Shown in pieces: positions 1 to 12,129 of a DNA stretch of 64,000 bases; positions within the stretch are counted from its first letter, which is position 1, and every line of letters begins with the position of its first letter. A program made the translations under genes and the position numbers. Source of the DNA: Octopus sinensis. Lineage: Eukaryota. The notes beneath the pieces were generated by a model, which saw nothing but the letters and a program-made list of their open reading frames with translations, ran no database searches and had not been told where the DNA came from. The stretch covers positions 38,998,001 through 39,062,000 of the forward strand of contig NC_043003.1 in NCBI RefSeq assembly GCF_006345805.1. Direction: 5' to 3'.

Positions 1-59
1 ACTCGTAAGCATTTTTGTCTGTTTTGTCTGTTTTTTTTTTATAAAAAAGACGAAGAATT

Positions 60-400
60 TTAGTTCTTAGTCTTCGTTTTCATCGTTATTTTCTTGAGAT
101 GTATCGTTGTTGTCTTGAAGAAGTTGTTCCTCCTTACAGTTTCCGTTGTTTTATACTTTATGTGGAGGAAGGTGGTTTGCATCGTTGGATGCTCTGATCA
201 TGTCAATGTGGTAAGCTTCTCACTCCTTTGTAAGTTGGTGCTTATTGTTGTCATTGCACTAAATTTCCTACCAGTTTCTATATACCATATTCCATCCCCC
301 ACCCCACTCATTGCCTACTATATATGTGGTCCCATATTTTGAAACCCCTTTATGTAAGATGTTATGCGTATTGCATATAAAGGTCATGCGGACAGCAAAA
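60..400 (-). mobile_element. Possible degenerate Penelope-like GIY-YIG relic
   Basis: Minus strand reads ...WYIETGRKFS..., resembling YIGETGR; heavily decayed. Confidence 0.3.
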
Positions 401-534
401 TCAGTTTGTCCTCCTCCTCCTCCTCTCCTCCTCATCATCATCATCATCATCATGTAATTTTCAAGATTTCAAGCGTATGTTCTTCTGTACAGCGGTGTTA
501 ACAATAGGAGATAACTGAAGATATATATATATTT

Positions 535-742
535 TTCATTTGCTTCATTTATTTGTCTGCGGCCATGCTGGAGCACCGCATTTAGTCGAACAAATCGACC
601 CCAGGACTTATTCTTTGTAAGACTAGGACTAAATATATCGGCCCCTTTAGCCGAACCGCTAAATTACTGGGACGTAAACACACCAAAATCGGTTATCAAG
701 CCGATGGTGGGAAACAAGCACAGACACACAAATATATATATT

Positions 743-790
<48 letters not shown>

Positions 791-814
791 ATATATATTT
801 TTGTATATATATAT

Positions 815-859
<45 letters not shown>

Positions 860-1304
860 TAATATATATATATATTATATTTATATGTATATATATATAT
901 GTATGTATATATATATTATATGTATGTATATGTATATAATATGTTAATCCAAACAAGAAAGCCCAAAAAAACACAACAACGCGAGGACGTGGAACAAATA
1001 TAGTATTATTGGACGCTCAGGAAAGAAGGAAAGAAGGAGGGTCTAACGTTTCGAGCGGAGCTCTTCGTCGGAAACATAGGAGAAGGAAAGATCCAGGGAA
1101 GGGAAGACAGAGGAAAAAAATCGCCAACGGTACACACGCAGTCACGGGCTTCTTTCAGTTTCCGTCTACCAAATCCACCCACAAGGCTTTTTGTCGGCCC
1201 GAGGCTATAGTAGAAGACAATTGCCCAAGGTATCACACAGTGAGACTGAACCCGGAACCATGTGGTTGGTAGCAAGCTACTTACCACACAGTCACTCCTG
1301 CGCC
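535..1304 (-). mobile_element. tRNA/CORE-type SINE family A (head + internal microsatellite + tail), interrupted by a hammerhead-bearing segment
   Basis: Head at about 1147-1304 and tail at about 535-735 match the uninterrupted copies at 5214, 18430, 40691 and 58027. Confidence 0.85.
1041..1075 (-). ncRNA. Minimal type I hammerhead-like motif (core CCGACGA, cleavage triplet GUU)
   Basis: Minus strand GUUU-CCGACGA-A-GAGC-UCC-GCUC-GAAA-CG-UU-AGAC: stem I GUUU/AGAC, stem II GAGC/GCUC, palindromic ACGU stem III. U4 is replaced by C. Confidence 0.65.
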
Positions 1305-1719
1305 TATAGCCACTTTGGGGATGTAACATATAAGATGATAAGGCTGGTAAAAATTGTAAGGTGTGAGCTCAACACAATACAGCATCTAAATTCATACCTC
1401 TATGTTTTGAGTTCAATTCCTGCCAGGGATCTATAAAATATGTGCCGATTCAATCGATTCTACGCCTTCCTCTACCCAATAGGATTGACTGGTTTTACCA
1501 GTGTGCTGGAGCTATTGCTCATTGATACGCAGTTAATATATCCTGTTAACGGATATCAATAAAATATTCTAATAGTGTAATTTGCACTCAATGTCACTTT
1601 TGTTTGAATTGTAGATATGCCACCTGACGCTAGTCATGTTTATATGCTTTCCTTGGATGGATTGATTTTGTGGAAATAGCGTTTTGCTATCAAGGGAAAA
1701 AGCACGTACGCGCGCGCGT

Positions 1720-2335
1720 GCACACACATATGTGTGTATGTATATATGTACATATATATGTATGTATATATGCATATATGGATTTCTATACGTATATATA
1801 TGTATACATGTATATATATACGTGTATATATGTATATATGTATGTATATATATATATATTTAAGTATGTATATGTGTATATATGTACATGTATGTTTGTA
1901 TGTATGTATGTATGAATATATTTGTATATACGTATATATATATACTTGTATATATGTATATATGTATGTATATATATATGTGTATGTATATATGTATATA
2001 TATATACTTGTATATATGTATATGATTGATTTTGATTTGATTTTTCCAGTTTCAGCTAATGAGCTGTGGCATGTATATATATATGTGTATGTATATATGT
2101 ATATATATATACTTGTATATATGTATATATGTATGTGTATATATGTATATATGTATATATATGTGTGTATGTATATATGTATATATATATACTTGTATAT
2201 ATGTATATATATACATTTGTGTATGTATATATGTATATATATATACATGTGTATATGTATATATATGTATGTTTGATGCATGTATGTATGAATATGTTTG
2301 TATATATATATGTATGTATGTGTGTATATTAGATA
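1720..2335. repeat. Degenerate (TA)/(TATATG)n microsatellite
   Basis: Direct inspection; produces the YI/YM ORFs. Confidence 0.95.
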
Positions 2336-2350
2336 CCTAGACAGACAGAC

Positions 2351-2420
<70 letters not shown>

Positions 2421-2439
2421 CATCCAGTCCGTTGTCAAT

Positions 2440-3700
2440 GACTGACTGACTGACTTCATGAATCAAATTTCTCCAGACAGAGGTATTATCAGTCAGCTGG
2501 TACCCATTGTTAGTTGAGATAGATACATCTTTTAGGTTCCCCTTGTTAATGTCCTTGAATTTCAGTTTGGGTTCTCTAATGTTTCTGCAACTTTCAGGCA
2601 GTTGCGAGGGCAAGGCTTTCTTTGGGTGTTTATCATCGCCAGTTCTGGCAATATGGTCAGTCCAACGGAGATTTCTCCGTATCATTAGATGATGCATGAA
2701 CTGAACGCCAGCCCTACTGAGGACCTCCGACTGTAAGATATGTTGCCACCATTTGCTAGCTCTCAGATATCGAGTGACTTAGGCACTGATCCTTTTGGCT
2801 TCTGTTTTGTAAAGTGCCCATTCTTCTGCACTCTACAGTAAAGTTTAGATCACATGTATACTTCATATTTTACTTTCATTGAACTGTTACGGTTTTTCGA
2901 TAGTCGTTCTGTTAGACATTAAAACGCAGACGAAGATTTACCCATACGATTTTGTAGTTCATTGTCTAGTTTATTGTCACCCAACAACGATGCCAAGATA
3001 AGTAAAACCAGTTGCTTTATTTAGTATGTTTCAATCTTTCACGTTATTGCGAGCTTCCATATTTCATTGTGGAACGGCTGAAAAACGTACCTCAAAATTT
3101 TTTCAAAGTAATTTGTAGGCCGAAGTCACGCGTAGACTCAACAAATATGGAGGCAATTTCCTGCATGCTCGCATGTAAGTGTGATACACAAATGATATAG
3201 GCTTTTGTCTCTGATATTTTAATTTCTATTTGGACGGGTCAAAAAGAGTAGAACCAGGACTTGTAAATACTAATACACCCATGTCTGTATTATGAGATGT
3301 ATCTTCGATAACTGCAAAAAGATATATACCGAAGAGAGCAGGGGCCAAGACACAACCCTACTTAATACTATTTGTAACTTCAACTAGTTCAGAGAGATCA
3401 TTGTTTGTGCTGATCTCCTGCATTCATATCCTGATGGAAACCTTCACACACTCAACAAACTTCTCAGGACACCCATAATCACACAACACCTGCCATAAAC
3501 CCTCTCTGTTTATTGTGTCACATGCTTTCTTAAAATCAATGAAGACAGCACACACTGGCATATTCTGTACCATGTATATTTCTTGAATTTCACGAAGGGT
3601 AAAGATCAAGTCAATAATACTTCGTTCAGCATTGAATTCGCATTGCGTTTCAAAAAGGATTTCCAAGGAAATGTCGCTGTCACTTAAATTATATTTGATT
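2440..3700 (-). mobile_element. RTE-clade LINE reverse transcriptase relic with stops and frameshifts
   Basis: Minus strand peptides ...IDLIFTLREIQE...VFIDFKKACDTINREGLWQVL..YGCPEKF... and ...RRNLRWTDHIAR..DDKHPKK.... Confidence 0.9.
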
Positions 3701-3882
3701 TATTTTATGGATATATGTTCTTTGTTGAACTTTAAGAAAGTAATACCTTATGTTACCAAGGAAAAAGAACGCACACACACACATTTATGTATGTATGTAT
3801 GTATGTATGTATGTATGTATGTATGTATGTATGTATGTATGTATGTATGTATGTATGTATGTATGTATGTATGTATATAGGT

Positions 3883-4745
3883 GGTCTGATCAATAAGTAT
3901 CCGGACTGTTGCTATAGTAGCGAAGCTAAAGCACGGAGAGTGAAGACTCTTGGCACAGATCGACCTTCAACTCAGTTGTGTGTGCACGTTAAGTTTTAAC
4001 GTTCTAGCTCACTTCCGCTTTTTACAGCAATGCTTGAAAGGAAGGTGTGTAGTATGTGATTGTCACATTGACCATGACAGAGAAAAATTGAGCAGAGAAT
4101 CTACATCAAATTTTGCCAAAAGCTTAGCGATACGTGTTTAGAGTCCCATGCAAAGTTTTCAAAAAGTTTTATCGCCACTATCAAGGAGATCTTATGCAAT
4201 TGAAACCCGAGTGTCTTTTTGGTCTGCTGAAAGCAGTTTTGGCACAAAATTAGATGACATGCGCCTCATACTCAAGTCTTCAGTGATGTTAGACTGAACT
4301 TAACCGTAAACTAACCTGTAAATCATCTGATAGCTCATGGATGGTAATTCGACAATTTTCCCTCACAACTGCAGGCACATCTGCGATGTTTTTCTCAGTT
4401 CTGTTTGTTGCGAATCTCCCAGAACGTTCGTCAATATCGACACTTTTTCTGCCATCTTGGAAACGTCTGAACCCTATCCATACACTTGTGTACGGCTCAC
4501 ACGCTCCTCTCCATACACTTTCTGCAAATTTGCGTAGGCCTCTAAGCAGGTTTCACCATAATAACTTTCTTTGACACGGTCGATGTGACGGTCACATGCT
4601 ACACGCGTTCCTTCCAAGCACTGTTTACAGCGGAAGTAAACTACAACGTTATAACTTAGTGCACATGCACTACAGAGTTCAAGGTATATCTGCATGCGTT
4701 AACTTCGATACTATAGCAACAGTCTGGATACTTATTGATCAGACC
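3883..4745. mobile_element. Non-autonomous mariner derivative made of two inward-facing transposase 5' ends (copy 1)
   Basis: TIR ggtctgatcaataagtatccggactgttgctatagta at 3883 and its reverse complement ending at 4745 (1 mismatch). Mariner N-terminal peptides occur on both strands. Confidence 0.88.
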
Positions 4746-4746
4746 T

Positions 4747-4792
<46 letters not shown>

Positions 4793-4828
4793 CATATAAA
4801 TATTATTTATATAATTTGTATTTATATA

Positions 4829-4878
<50 letters not shown>

Positions 4879-4902
4879 CATATATGTTTATATTTATATA
4901 CA

Positions 4903-4951
<49 letters not shown>

Positions 4952-4972
4952 CATTTATATACATCTCTCTCT

Positions 4973-5031
<59 letters not shown>

Positions 5032-5143
5032 CATTTATATATATACATATATATATTTATATATATACATATATTTATATATGTATATATATATAATATG
5101 TATGTATACACATATATATGTATATATATGTATTATGTCTATG

Positions 5144-5213
<70 letters not shown>

Positions 5214-5382
5214 GGCGCAGGAGTGGCTGTGTGGTAAGTAGCTTGTTTCCCAACCATATGGTTCCGGGTTCAGTCCCATTGCGTGGCACCTTGGGCAAGT
5301 GTCTTCTACTATAGCCTCGGGCCGACCAAAACTTTGTGAGTGGATTTGGTAGACGGAAACTGAAAGAAGCCCGTCATACATA

Positions 5383-5423
<41 letters not shown>

Positions 5424-5633
5424 GTGTGTATTTGTGTGTCTGTGTTTGTCCCCCTAGCATTGCTTGACAACCGATGCTGGTGTACTTATGTCCCCGTTAC
5501 TTAGCGGTTCGGCAAAAGAGACCGATAGAATAAGTACTGGGCTTACAAAAGAATAAGTCCCGAGGTTGAGTTGCTCGATTAAAGGCGGTGCTCCAGCATG
5601 GCCGCAATCAAATGACTGAAACAAGTAAAAGAG
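5214..5633 (+). mobile_element. SINE family A, full copy
   Basis: tRNA-like head (GGTTCAGTCCC B-box-like), CORE-like ccttgggcaagt, internal (TA)(TG) tract, tail ending gactgaaacaagtaaaagag. Confidence 0.9.
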
Positions 5634-5769
5634 ATATATATATCTGCTTTTGTCTTGGTAACATAAGGTGTTTTCATGAAATTGACTAACCTAGAACGTG
5701 TAAATATGATTAGTGTCAGTTGGCATAACTATAATTCGAATACACACATACACATATATTTAAACACAT

Positions 5770-6001
5770 GTATGTATATGTATGTGTATGTATGTATGTA
5801 TGTGTGTATGTATGTATGTATATATATTATATATATATATATATATAATATATATATATATATATTATATATATATATATATGTGTATATATATATATGT
5901 GTGTATATATATTATATATATATATATATTATATATATATACACATGCACACATACACTCATATATATATGTACACACACACTCATATATATGTACACTA
6001 C

Positions 6002-6059
<58 letters not shown>

Positions 6060-6062
6060 ATT

Positions 6063-6115
<53 letters not shown>

Positions 6116-6138
6116 ATTTCTATCTATCTATCTGTCTG

Positions 6139-6231
<93 letters not shown>

Positions 6232-6232
6232 T
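5770..6232. repeat. (TATG)/(TA)/(TCTA)n compound microsatellite
   Basis: Direct inspection. Confidence 0.95.
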
Positions 6233-6339
6233 TTTATATAAAGTAAAAGGGGTCACTCGGATGCAAGTGGCTTGTACTGTGCTTTCACTAATTGTTTTTG
6301 GTGCCTACGTGTTTGCGAGGGGATATTGACACAATCTCG

Positions 6340-6560
6340 GCCTTCTCACCTTAGATCCAGTGGAACATCGAGCTCATGCCAGCTGAAAGGAGCGAGTGCC
6401 TCCTCAGCAATTTGCTGGTACGCATTTTCAGCTAAGTAGACCAGAAAAATGTGAAATGAAGTGCGATTTCGGTCCAGATATCGAAGCCACGACTTCATAA
6501 TCGTGAGCCCATCTGCACATTCTCCGTGTTCCAAATTATTTTTTATAAAGCATTGGGCAA
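6340..6560 (-). mobile_element. Old tRNA/CORE SINE family C copy
   Basis: gcacttcatttcacatt..ctacttagctgaaaatgcgtacc aligns to the family C body at 18957-19276 and 63590. Confidence 0.65.
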
Positions 6561-6629
6561 ACCAGGGCAACTGTATTAGACATATCCAGTCACAGACGCC
6601 TGCTTATCCCATCCGTCGTCAAAAATGCA

Positions 6630-7060
6630 TTATGCAACTGGTTGGATTATAGGAGACCAATAGCCAGCGTCTCTATTGCTCCTGCCGCGATGTGGGTTCA
6701 TCCGGTATTGCAGATAAAAAAGCTATCAAGACGGTTTTTGAAGACTTCCATGTTTACACCTTGCAGATCCCTGATGTTCTGTGGTAGGGCATTAAAAAGT
6801 TGTGGTCCCTTCAATCCCAAGTTATTACAATATTATGTTCGTATCCTCGATGGAGAAGACGGGACCTTTGGTACTGTGCAGTGCCATCCAGTTCGGAGAT
6901 TGTTGTAGCTCCAATTTGGAGCTAGACCCTCCATTATTTTTCATATGTATAGTATTGCATATTTCTTACGTCTCCTCTCCAGGGAGTAGAGTCCCAGTTA
7001 TTCATGAGTGGACTGTAATCCATATGTTGTCGACCCCAACCGTGTTATTTATTGAAACTC
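6630..7060 (-). mobile_element. CR1-clade LINE ORF2 C-terminal relic
   Basis: Minus strand GLYSLERRR..YAILYI.KIMEGLAPN...GPQLFNALPQNIRDL....FKNRLDSFLSAIPDEP. Confidence 0.85.
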
Positions 7061-7320
7061 AGTGAATTCATAGATTTGCTGCACACTTTCAACATCGCTA
7101 TAAAAATAAATCCGGAAACTTGAAAACTAATCGTTATTTCAACTTGTAAAAATCTTTAATAACTCTGTCTCTTATTTCTTTGCGATATATCTAAAGTTTT
7201 TAATCTTATATTATTTCCGTTTATCTCGCACATTAATGCGCCGAAAGAAAATAATCACTTGATTTTCCAATGTTTGCAACAATATACCAATAGGTGATCA
7301 GCTATATTGATGTTAAGGTA

Positions 7321-7360
<40 letters not shown>

Positions 7361-7879
7361 GGGGGAGAGAGCTAGAGATAGAGGGAGAAAGAGAGAGAGG
7401 GAGAGCGCGTATAGTCGATTGTATCGACTTCAATATTCGCCTGGTATTTATGTTATCGACTCCAGCAAAGTAATTAAAGGACTCTAACGAAATGTCGTGG
7501 TGCATATAGTCCAATGCTCAATTCTATTGATTCTATTGTGCCAACCCACCGCCATTATAGTGTCTGTGTATGTAATTAATATAATTTTTAAAACTTTCAT
7601 TTATATGATATAGATTTCTTTACAATTGCCTAATCATCAATGCTAAATGTTGCGATTAATACAGGGCTTACAAAGCTATATATGATAGGTGGATTATTCC
7701 ACCATATTTTCAGTACGACAGCCCGCAGATTGGAAATTAATTGCCAATTGATAGTTCTTCATTTATGTAATCCAACCGCAATCAGCTGTGAATCTCATTT
7801 GCATAAAATTATCTCTAAATAATCTGTTATTTATGTTATGGCAGTGTGTTGTAGGTAACATACTATGCCATCCGGTCGG

Positions 7880-8300
7880 GCGACTAGGCTAGTCCAATGC
7901 AACTCTTCCACGCCAGATATTCTGATCTTCCATAGCAGTCTCCAGCCTAATGTCTAGTGTCTTACACAAGTTAATAGATAGATATATGCCCCTCTTGGTC
8001 AGCCGATACACGTATGTCCATGCGTAGGTTTCCTGAGAAGGAGATCTTTGGATATTTCATTCTCGCTTTTCTAACAGCATCCTGCATAATGTTCTCTTCA
8101 TTCTCAATATACCGAGTTGATAGTAGGAGGACTGTCATACAGGCGCTACTTTGTAGGGTGTTTCTACTACGAAGATTGAGAACTGCCCAAAGGTTTTCGT
8201 GTATGAATCGTCAGGCTTCTTTTCAAGTTTATTGTCCAGTGTCCATGTTGAAGAGTCATAGAGAAATTCTGATTCAACGACAGCTTAGAAGAAAACTCTC
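7880..8300 (-). mobile_element. RTE-clade LINE 3' relic
   Basis: Minus strand AVVESEFLYDSSTWTL...HPTK..LY...EISKDLLL.KPTHG...LETAMEDQNIWR, typical of an RTE C-terminus. Confidence 0.75.
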
Positions 8301-9117
8301 TCTATGTTCCCAGGAAGGTAACATACACTAAATTTTAAATCCACATGGGGAGAGATCCTATTTAAATATTCCTTGTTGCTCTCAGAGGTTTGCTTATAAT
8401 CAAACCTATTCTTATTAATATTTAAATCTATTTTGTCGACATTTATCTAATATTACCTCTCAGAAAACATTGTTAACCTATATATTTCCACTTATCTTGA
8501 AACATAACCGCTTTACAATACTTCATAAATGGTTTGTACTGTAGGTACACGGCTTCAAATTTAGGAGAAGGTAGTTGATTACATTGACATCGATACTTGA
8601 CTGAAAGTTATTTTATCGACCCCCGGATGAAAGGTAAAGTAGACATCATAAGGAGGCAGACGAAATGCTGCTAAGCATTTTGTCTGACGCGCTAAAGATT
8701 CTGTGAGCACTTCGCCTTACATTGCTTCTTAAATTGTCAATACTTTTGTATATACAAGTCCTTCCTGTGCAGCCACTAGTTCGTGGACATACTGTTTGTA
8801 CCCCACCCCTTTATCACTACCTATATAGAAAATTTTCTCGATATAATTTTTGGAACGTCTCTGTTACATAACAGGTTGGGCCCTTAATTGTTAATGCATA
8901 AACCATCTAAGCCACGGGAGTTCTTTTTACACAGTATCCATAAAATTTCTAAATATTTGTATTCTCCTATTATTAGTACCAAAAGGATCAAAGGTCCTCC
9001 TTTACCTTACAGGGAGCTTCCTGGATTCTGTGGCGTATATATTCCACATCCACATTCCTGGACGGGACGCAGGTCCGTCGCAGAATTATTCCTTTTTGTT
9101 AGCAGAATGGTCTAGAA

Positions 9118-9265
9118 CAGTGGTTCTCAACCTGGGTTCCGCGGACCCCTGGTGGTAAGCGAACTAAATTAAAAATTTCATATATATAAGGATAAGCATA
9201 TTAAAAGAGTCTGTGGGAAAACTCATTTGGATAAAAGGGTTGGCAACCACTGTTGGGAACCACTG
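9118..9265. mobile_element. hAT-Charlie-type MITE with 8-bp TSD, inserted in a family C SINE (about 9000-9390, minus)
   Basis: Ends cagtggttctcaa and ttgggaaccactg. TSD gtctagaa at 9110-9117 and 9266-9273 fits the Charlie NTCTAGAN preference. Confidence 0.9.
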
Positions 9266-9501
9266 GTCTAGAACAACGTTAAATGAGGTGTTTTGCCAAA
9301 GAGCACAACGCACCACCCGGTCCAGTAATCGAAACCACAATCTTACGTTCATGAGTGTAACACCCTCACCTACTAAGCAACGTGTTTCCGATAATGAAAC
9401 TTCTCTGTATATATTACTTATACACAGACATACATTCACCTTCCCCAAATAAATATATGTGCATATGTAGCATAAATATATGTATATGTGTATGAATGTG
9501 C

Positions 9502-9552
<51 letters not shown>

Positions 9553-9568
9553 AACATATATATATGTA

Positions 9569-9612
<44 letters not shown>

Positions 9613-9625
9613 AACATATATATTG

Positions 9626-9666
<41 letters not shown>

Positions 9667-10160
9667 AGATTATGTGCGCGCACAAACACGCACACGCATT
9701 AACTATTTTACTCATTACTTAAGAAAAAATTAAAACATTGAAACTCGATGCTGAAGCCACTTGGAAAGAGAGAACAGCTTCAGTTAATATCAATAAATAT
9801 ACAATATTCTACTAAGTTATTTACTACTACGGGAGTCAATAGTAAAGTTGCAAGTTGATATTTTGTGTTATTTTTCGAAAAAAAAAAAAAAACCCCAAAA
9901 CTCCGATTTTTTTTTCACTCACGCACGTACACACACACGTTTATATGTAATGTAAGAATAACAAGCAGAGACTCATTGTGAAGCCATAACAACCCATGCC
10001 AATGTTTGAAAGACACAGTTGTACAATTAGTGTGTACAGTACCATTCTTGCTATACAAATAAGCATTTAGCTAAAAGGACACTGATTGGCAGTCTTTCAC
10101 TGTGGAACAAAAACACTACAGGGTGATGGAACAGTAATTCCCTTCATACACACACGCGCG

Positions 10161-10227
<67 letters not shown>

Positions 10228-10334
10228 TCAGTCCAACTGCTGCGTGGAACCTTCAAGTGTCTTCTACTACAGCCTCGGACCGACCAATACCGTGTGAGTG
10301 GATTTGGTAGACGAAAACTGAAAGAAGCTCGTCA

Positions 10335-10400
<66 letters not shown>

Positions 10401-10766
10401 GTATATATGTATGTACGTATGTATGTATGTATGTATGTATGTATGTATGTATGTATTTGTGTGTCTGTGTTTGACCATCGCTTGACAAACGATGTTGGTG
10501 TGTTTATGTCTCCGTACCTTAGCGGTTCGGCAAAACAATACGATAGAATATGTCCTGGGATCGATTTGTTGGACTAAACGCGGTGCTCCAGCATGGCTGC
10601 AGTCAGATAAACAACTAAAAAATAAAAGAATACCTAAATATATATGCATAAATATAAATATATACATATAAATATAAATTTATATATATAATACATATAT
10701 GCATATATGTGTATGTAGTGTGTATTATATATATTTTATATATATATATATACACACACATATATA

Positions 10767-10818
<52 letters not shown>

Positions 10819-10978
10819 GGTATGTAGAAAAATACAACATGGACAAGAACGTATAACTCTTAGAAGACGATACAATAAACACGGACAGGCATTCGAAACC
10901 TCAGTCTTCAGTCAAGAACCGGATCATCGTAGTAATTTCGGCTGATTAATCTTGAGATTACTAGATCATATATATATA

Positions 10979-11887
10979 CAAGGGTTAGACAAAATAATGG
11001 AAACGCCTTAAGATTTCAAGCAAATTTATTTTTATGTGGGATAGGACCGCCTTTGGCAGTAATTACAGCTTGAATTCTACGAGGAATCGACTCATACAAA
11101 GTTTGAATTGTTTCCAAAGGAATTTCTGTCCATTCTTCAGCTAAAACAATTTCCAGTTCTTGTAGTGATGATGGTGGAGGATATCGACTCCTTACTTGTT
11201 TTTCTAAAATGCACCATAAATGTTCAATAATATTGAGATCTGGGGATTGTGGTGGCCAGATAAGATGTTCAACTTCACTAGAATGTTCCTCGTGCTATTC
11301 AGCGACAACTTTAGCTGTGTGAATTGGTGCATTATCATATTGAAAGATTGCGTTTCCCTCCGGAAACAGTTCCGCAACCATAGGATGAATTTGATCAGAT
11401 AAAATGCTTAGTCTTGACTATTAATTCTGCCATGAAGGGAAACTATTGGGCCAGCGGATTTCCAAGATATAGCCCCCAACAGATCATCACAGATCCTCCT
11501 CCTTGTTTAACAGTTGGAAGAAGGCAGTCTGGGTTAAATGCTTCTTTTGGCTGTCTCCGCGTGTATACTCGGCTGGTGGTCGGAAATAAGGTAAAGGATG
11601 ATTCGTCGGAGAAAATAACATTCTTCTACTGCTCTAGGGACCAATCCTGTAGGTTTTTTTTACTCCACTTTAAACGCTTGGCAACGTTTGTTTTTGAAAG
11701 TAGAGGTTTTCTGATTGCAGCCCTCCCGTGAAATCCGGTTTTGTGCAGGCTCCGGCAAACAGATTTTGTGGAAACTGTGTCCTCGAGGTGGTCATTAAAC
11801 TGTGCAGTAATTTTGGAAGCTGTACTTTTGTGACACGTTCTAACAATTCCGACTGTCCCTATCTGAAAATTTTGGCTTTCTTCCGGA
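10979..11887 (-). mobile_element. Tc1-family DNA transposon with DD36E catalytic spacing, degenerate, truncated by the assembly gap
   Basis: TA + TIR caagggttagacaaaataatggaaac. Minus strand VIFSDESSFT, FQYDNAPIH and WPPQSPDLNIIEHLW; stop at 11032; one internal stop plus frameshifts. Confidence 0.92.
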
Positions 11888-11987
11888 NNNNNNNNNNNNN
11901 NNNNNNNNNNNNNNNNNNNNNNNNNNNNNNNNNNNNNNNNNNNNNNNNNNNNNNNNNNNNNNNNNNNNNNNNNNNNNNNNNNNNNNN
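11888..11987. other. Assembly gap (100 N)
   Basis: Run of n. Confidence 1.
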
Positions 11988-12129
11988 TTTTTCTTTTTCA
12001 AATTATTTCTACGTCTCTCATTTTTTGTTTATATGAATTACGTTTGGTATCTGAACAATTAGTCGTTGCTCATTTGTTATATTTAATTTGTGTGATTGTT
12101 GTTTCTTCATGATTACAATTTGATTTTGA

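Noticed and set aside
6346-6570. 74-aa minus ORF with apparent AG and GTGAGA splice sites, which looked like an exon of a second gene
   Set aside because: The DNA aligns with the tRNA head and core of SINE family C.
9000-9110. Exon-like minus-strand stretch ending in AAG|GTAAAG
   Set aside because: It is the body of the family C SINE interrupted by the hAT MITE.
10883-10960. CTGAAGA...CGAA hammerhead-like text on the minus strand
   Set aside because: GAAA is broken and stems I and II cannot be formed; at most a decayed relic.
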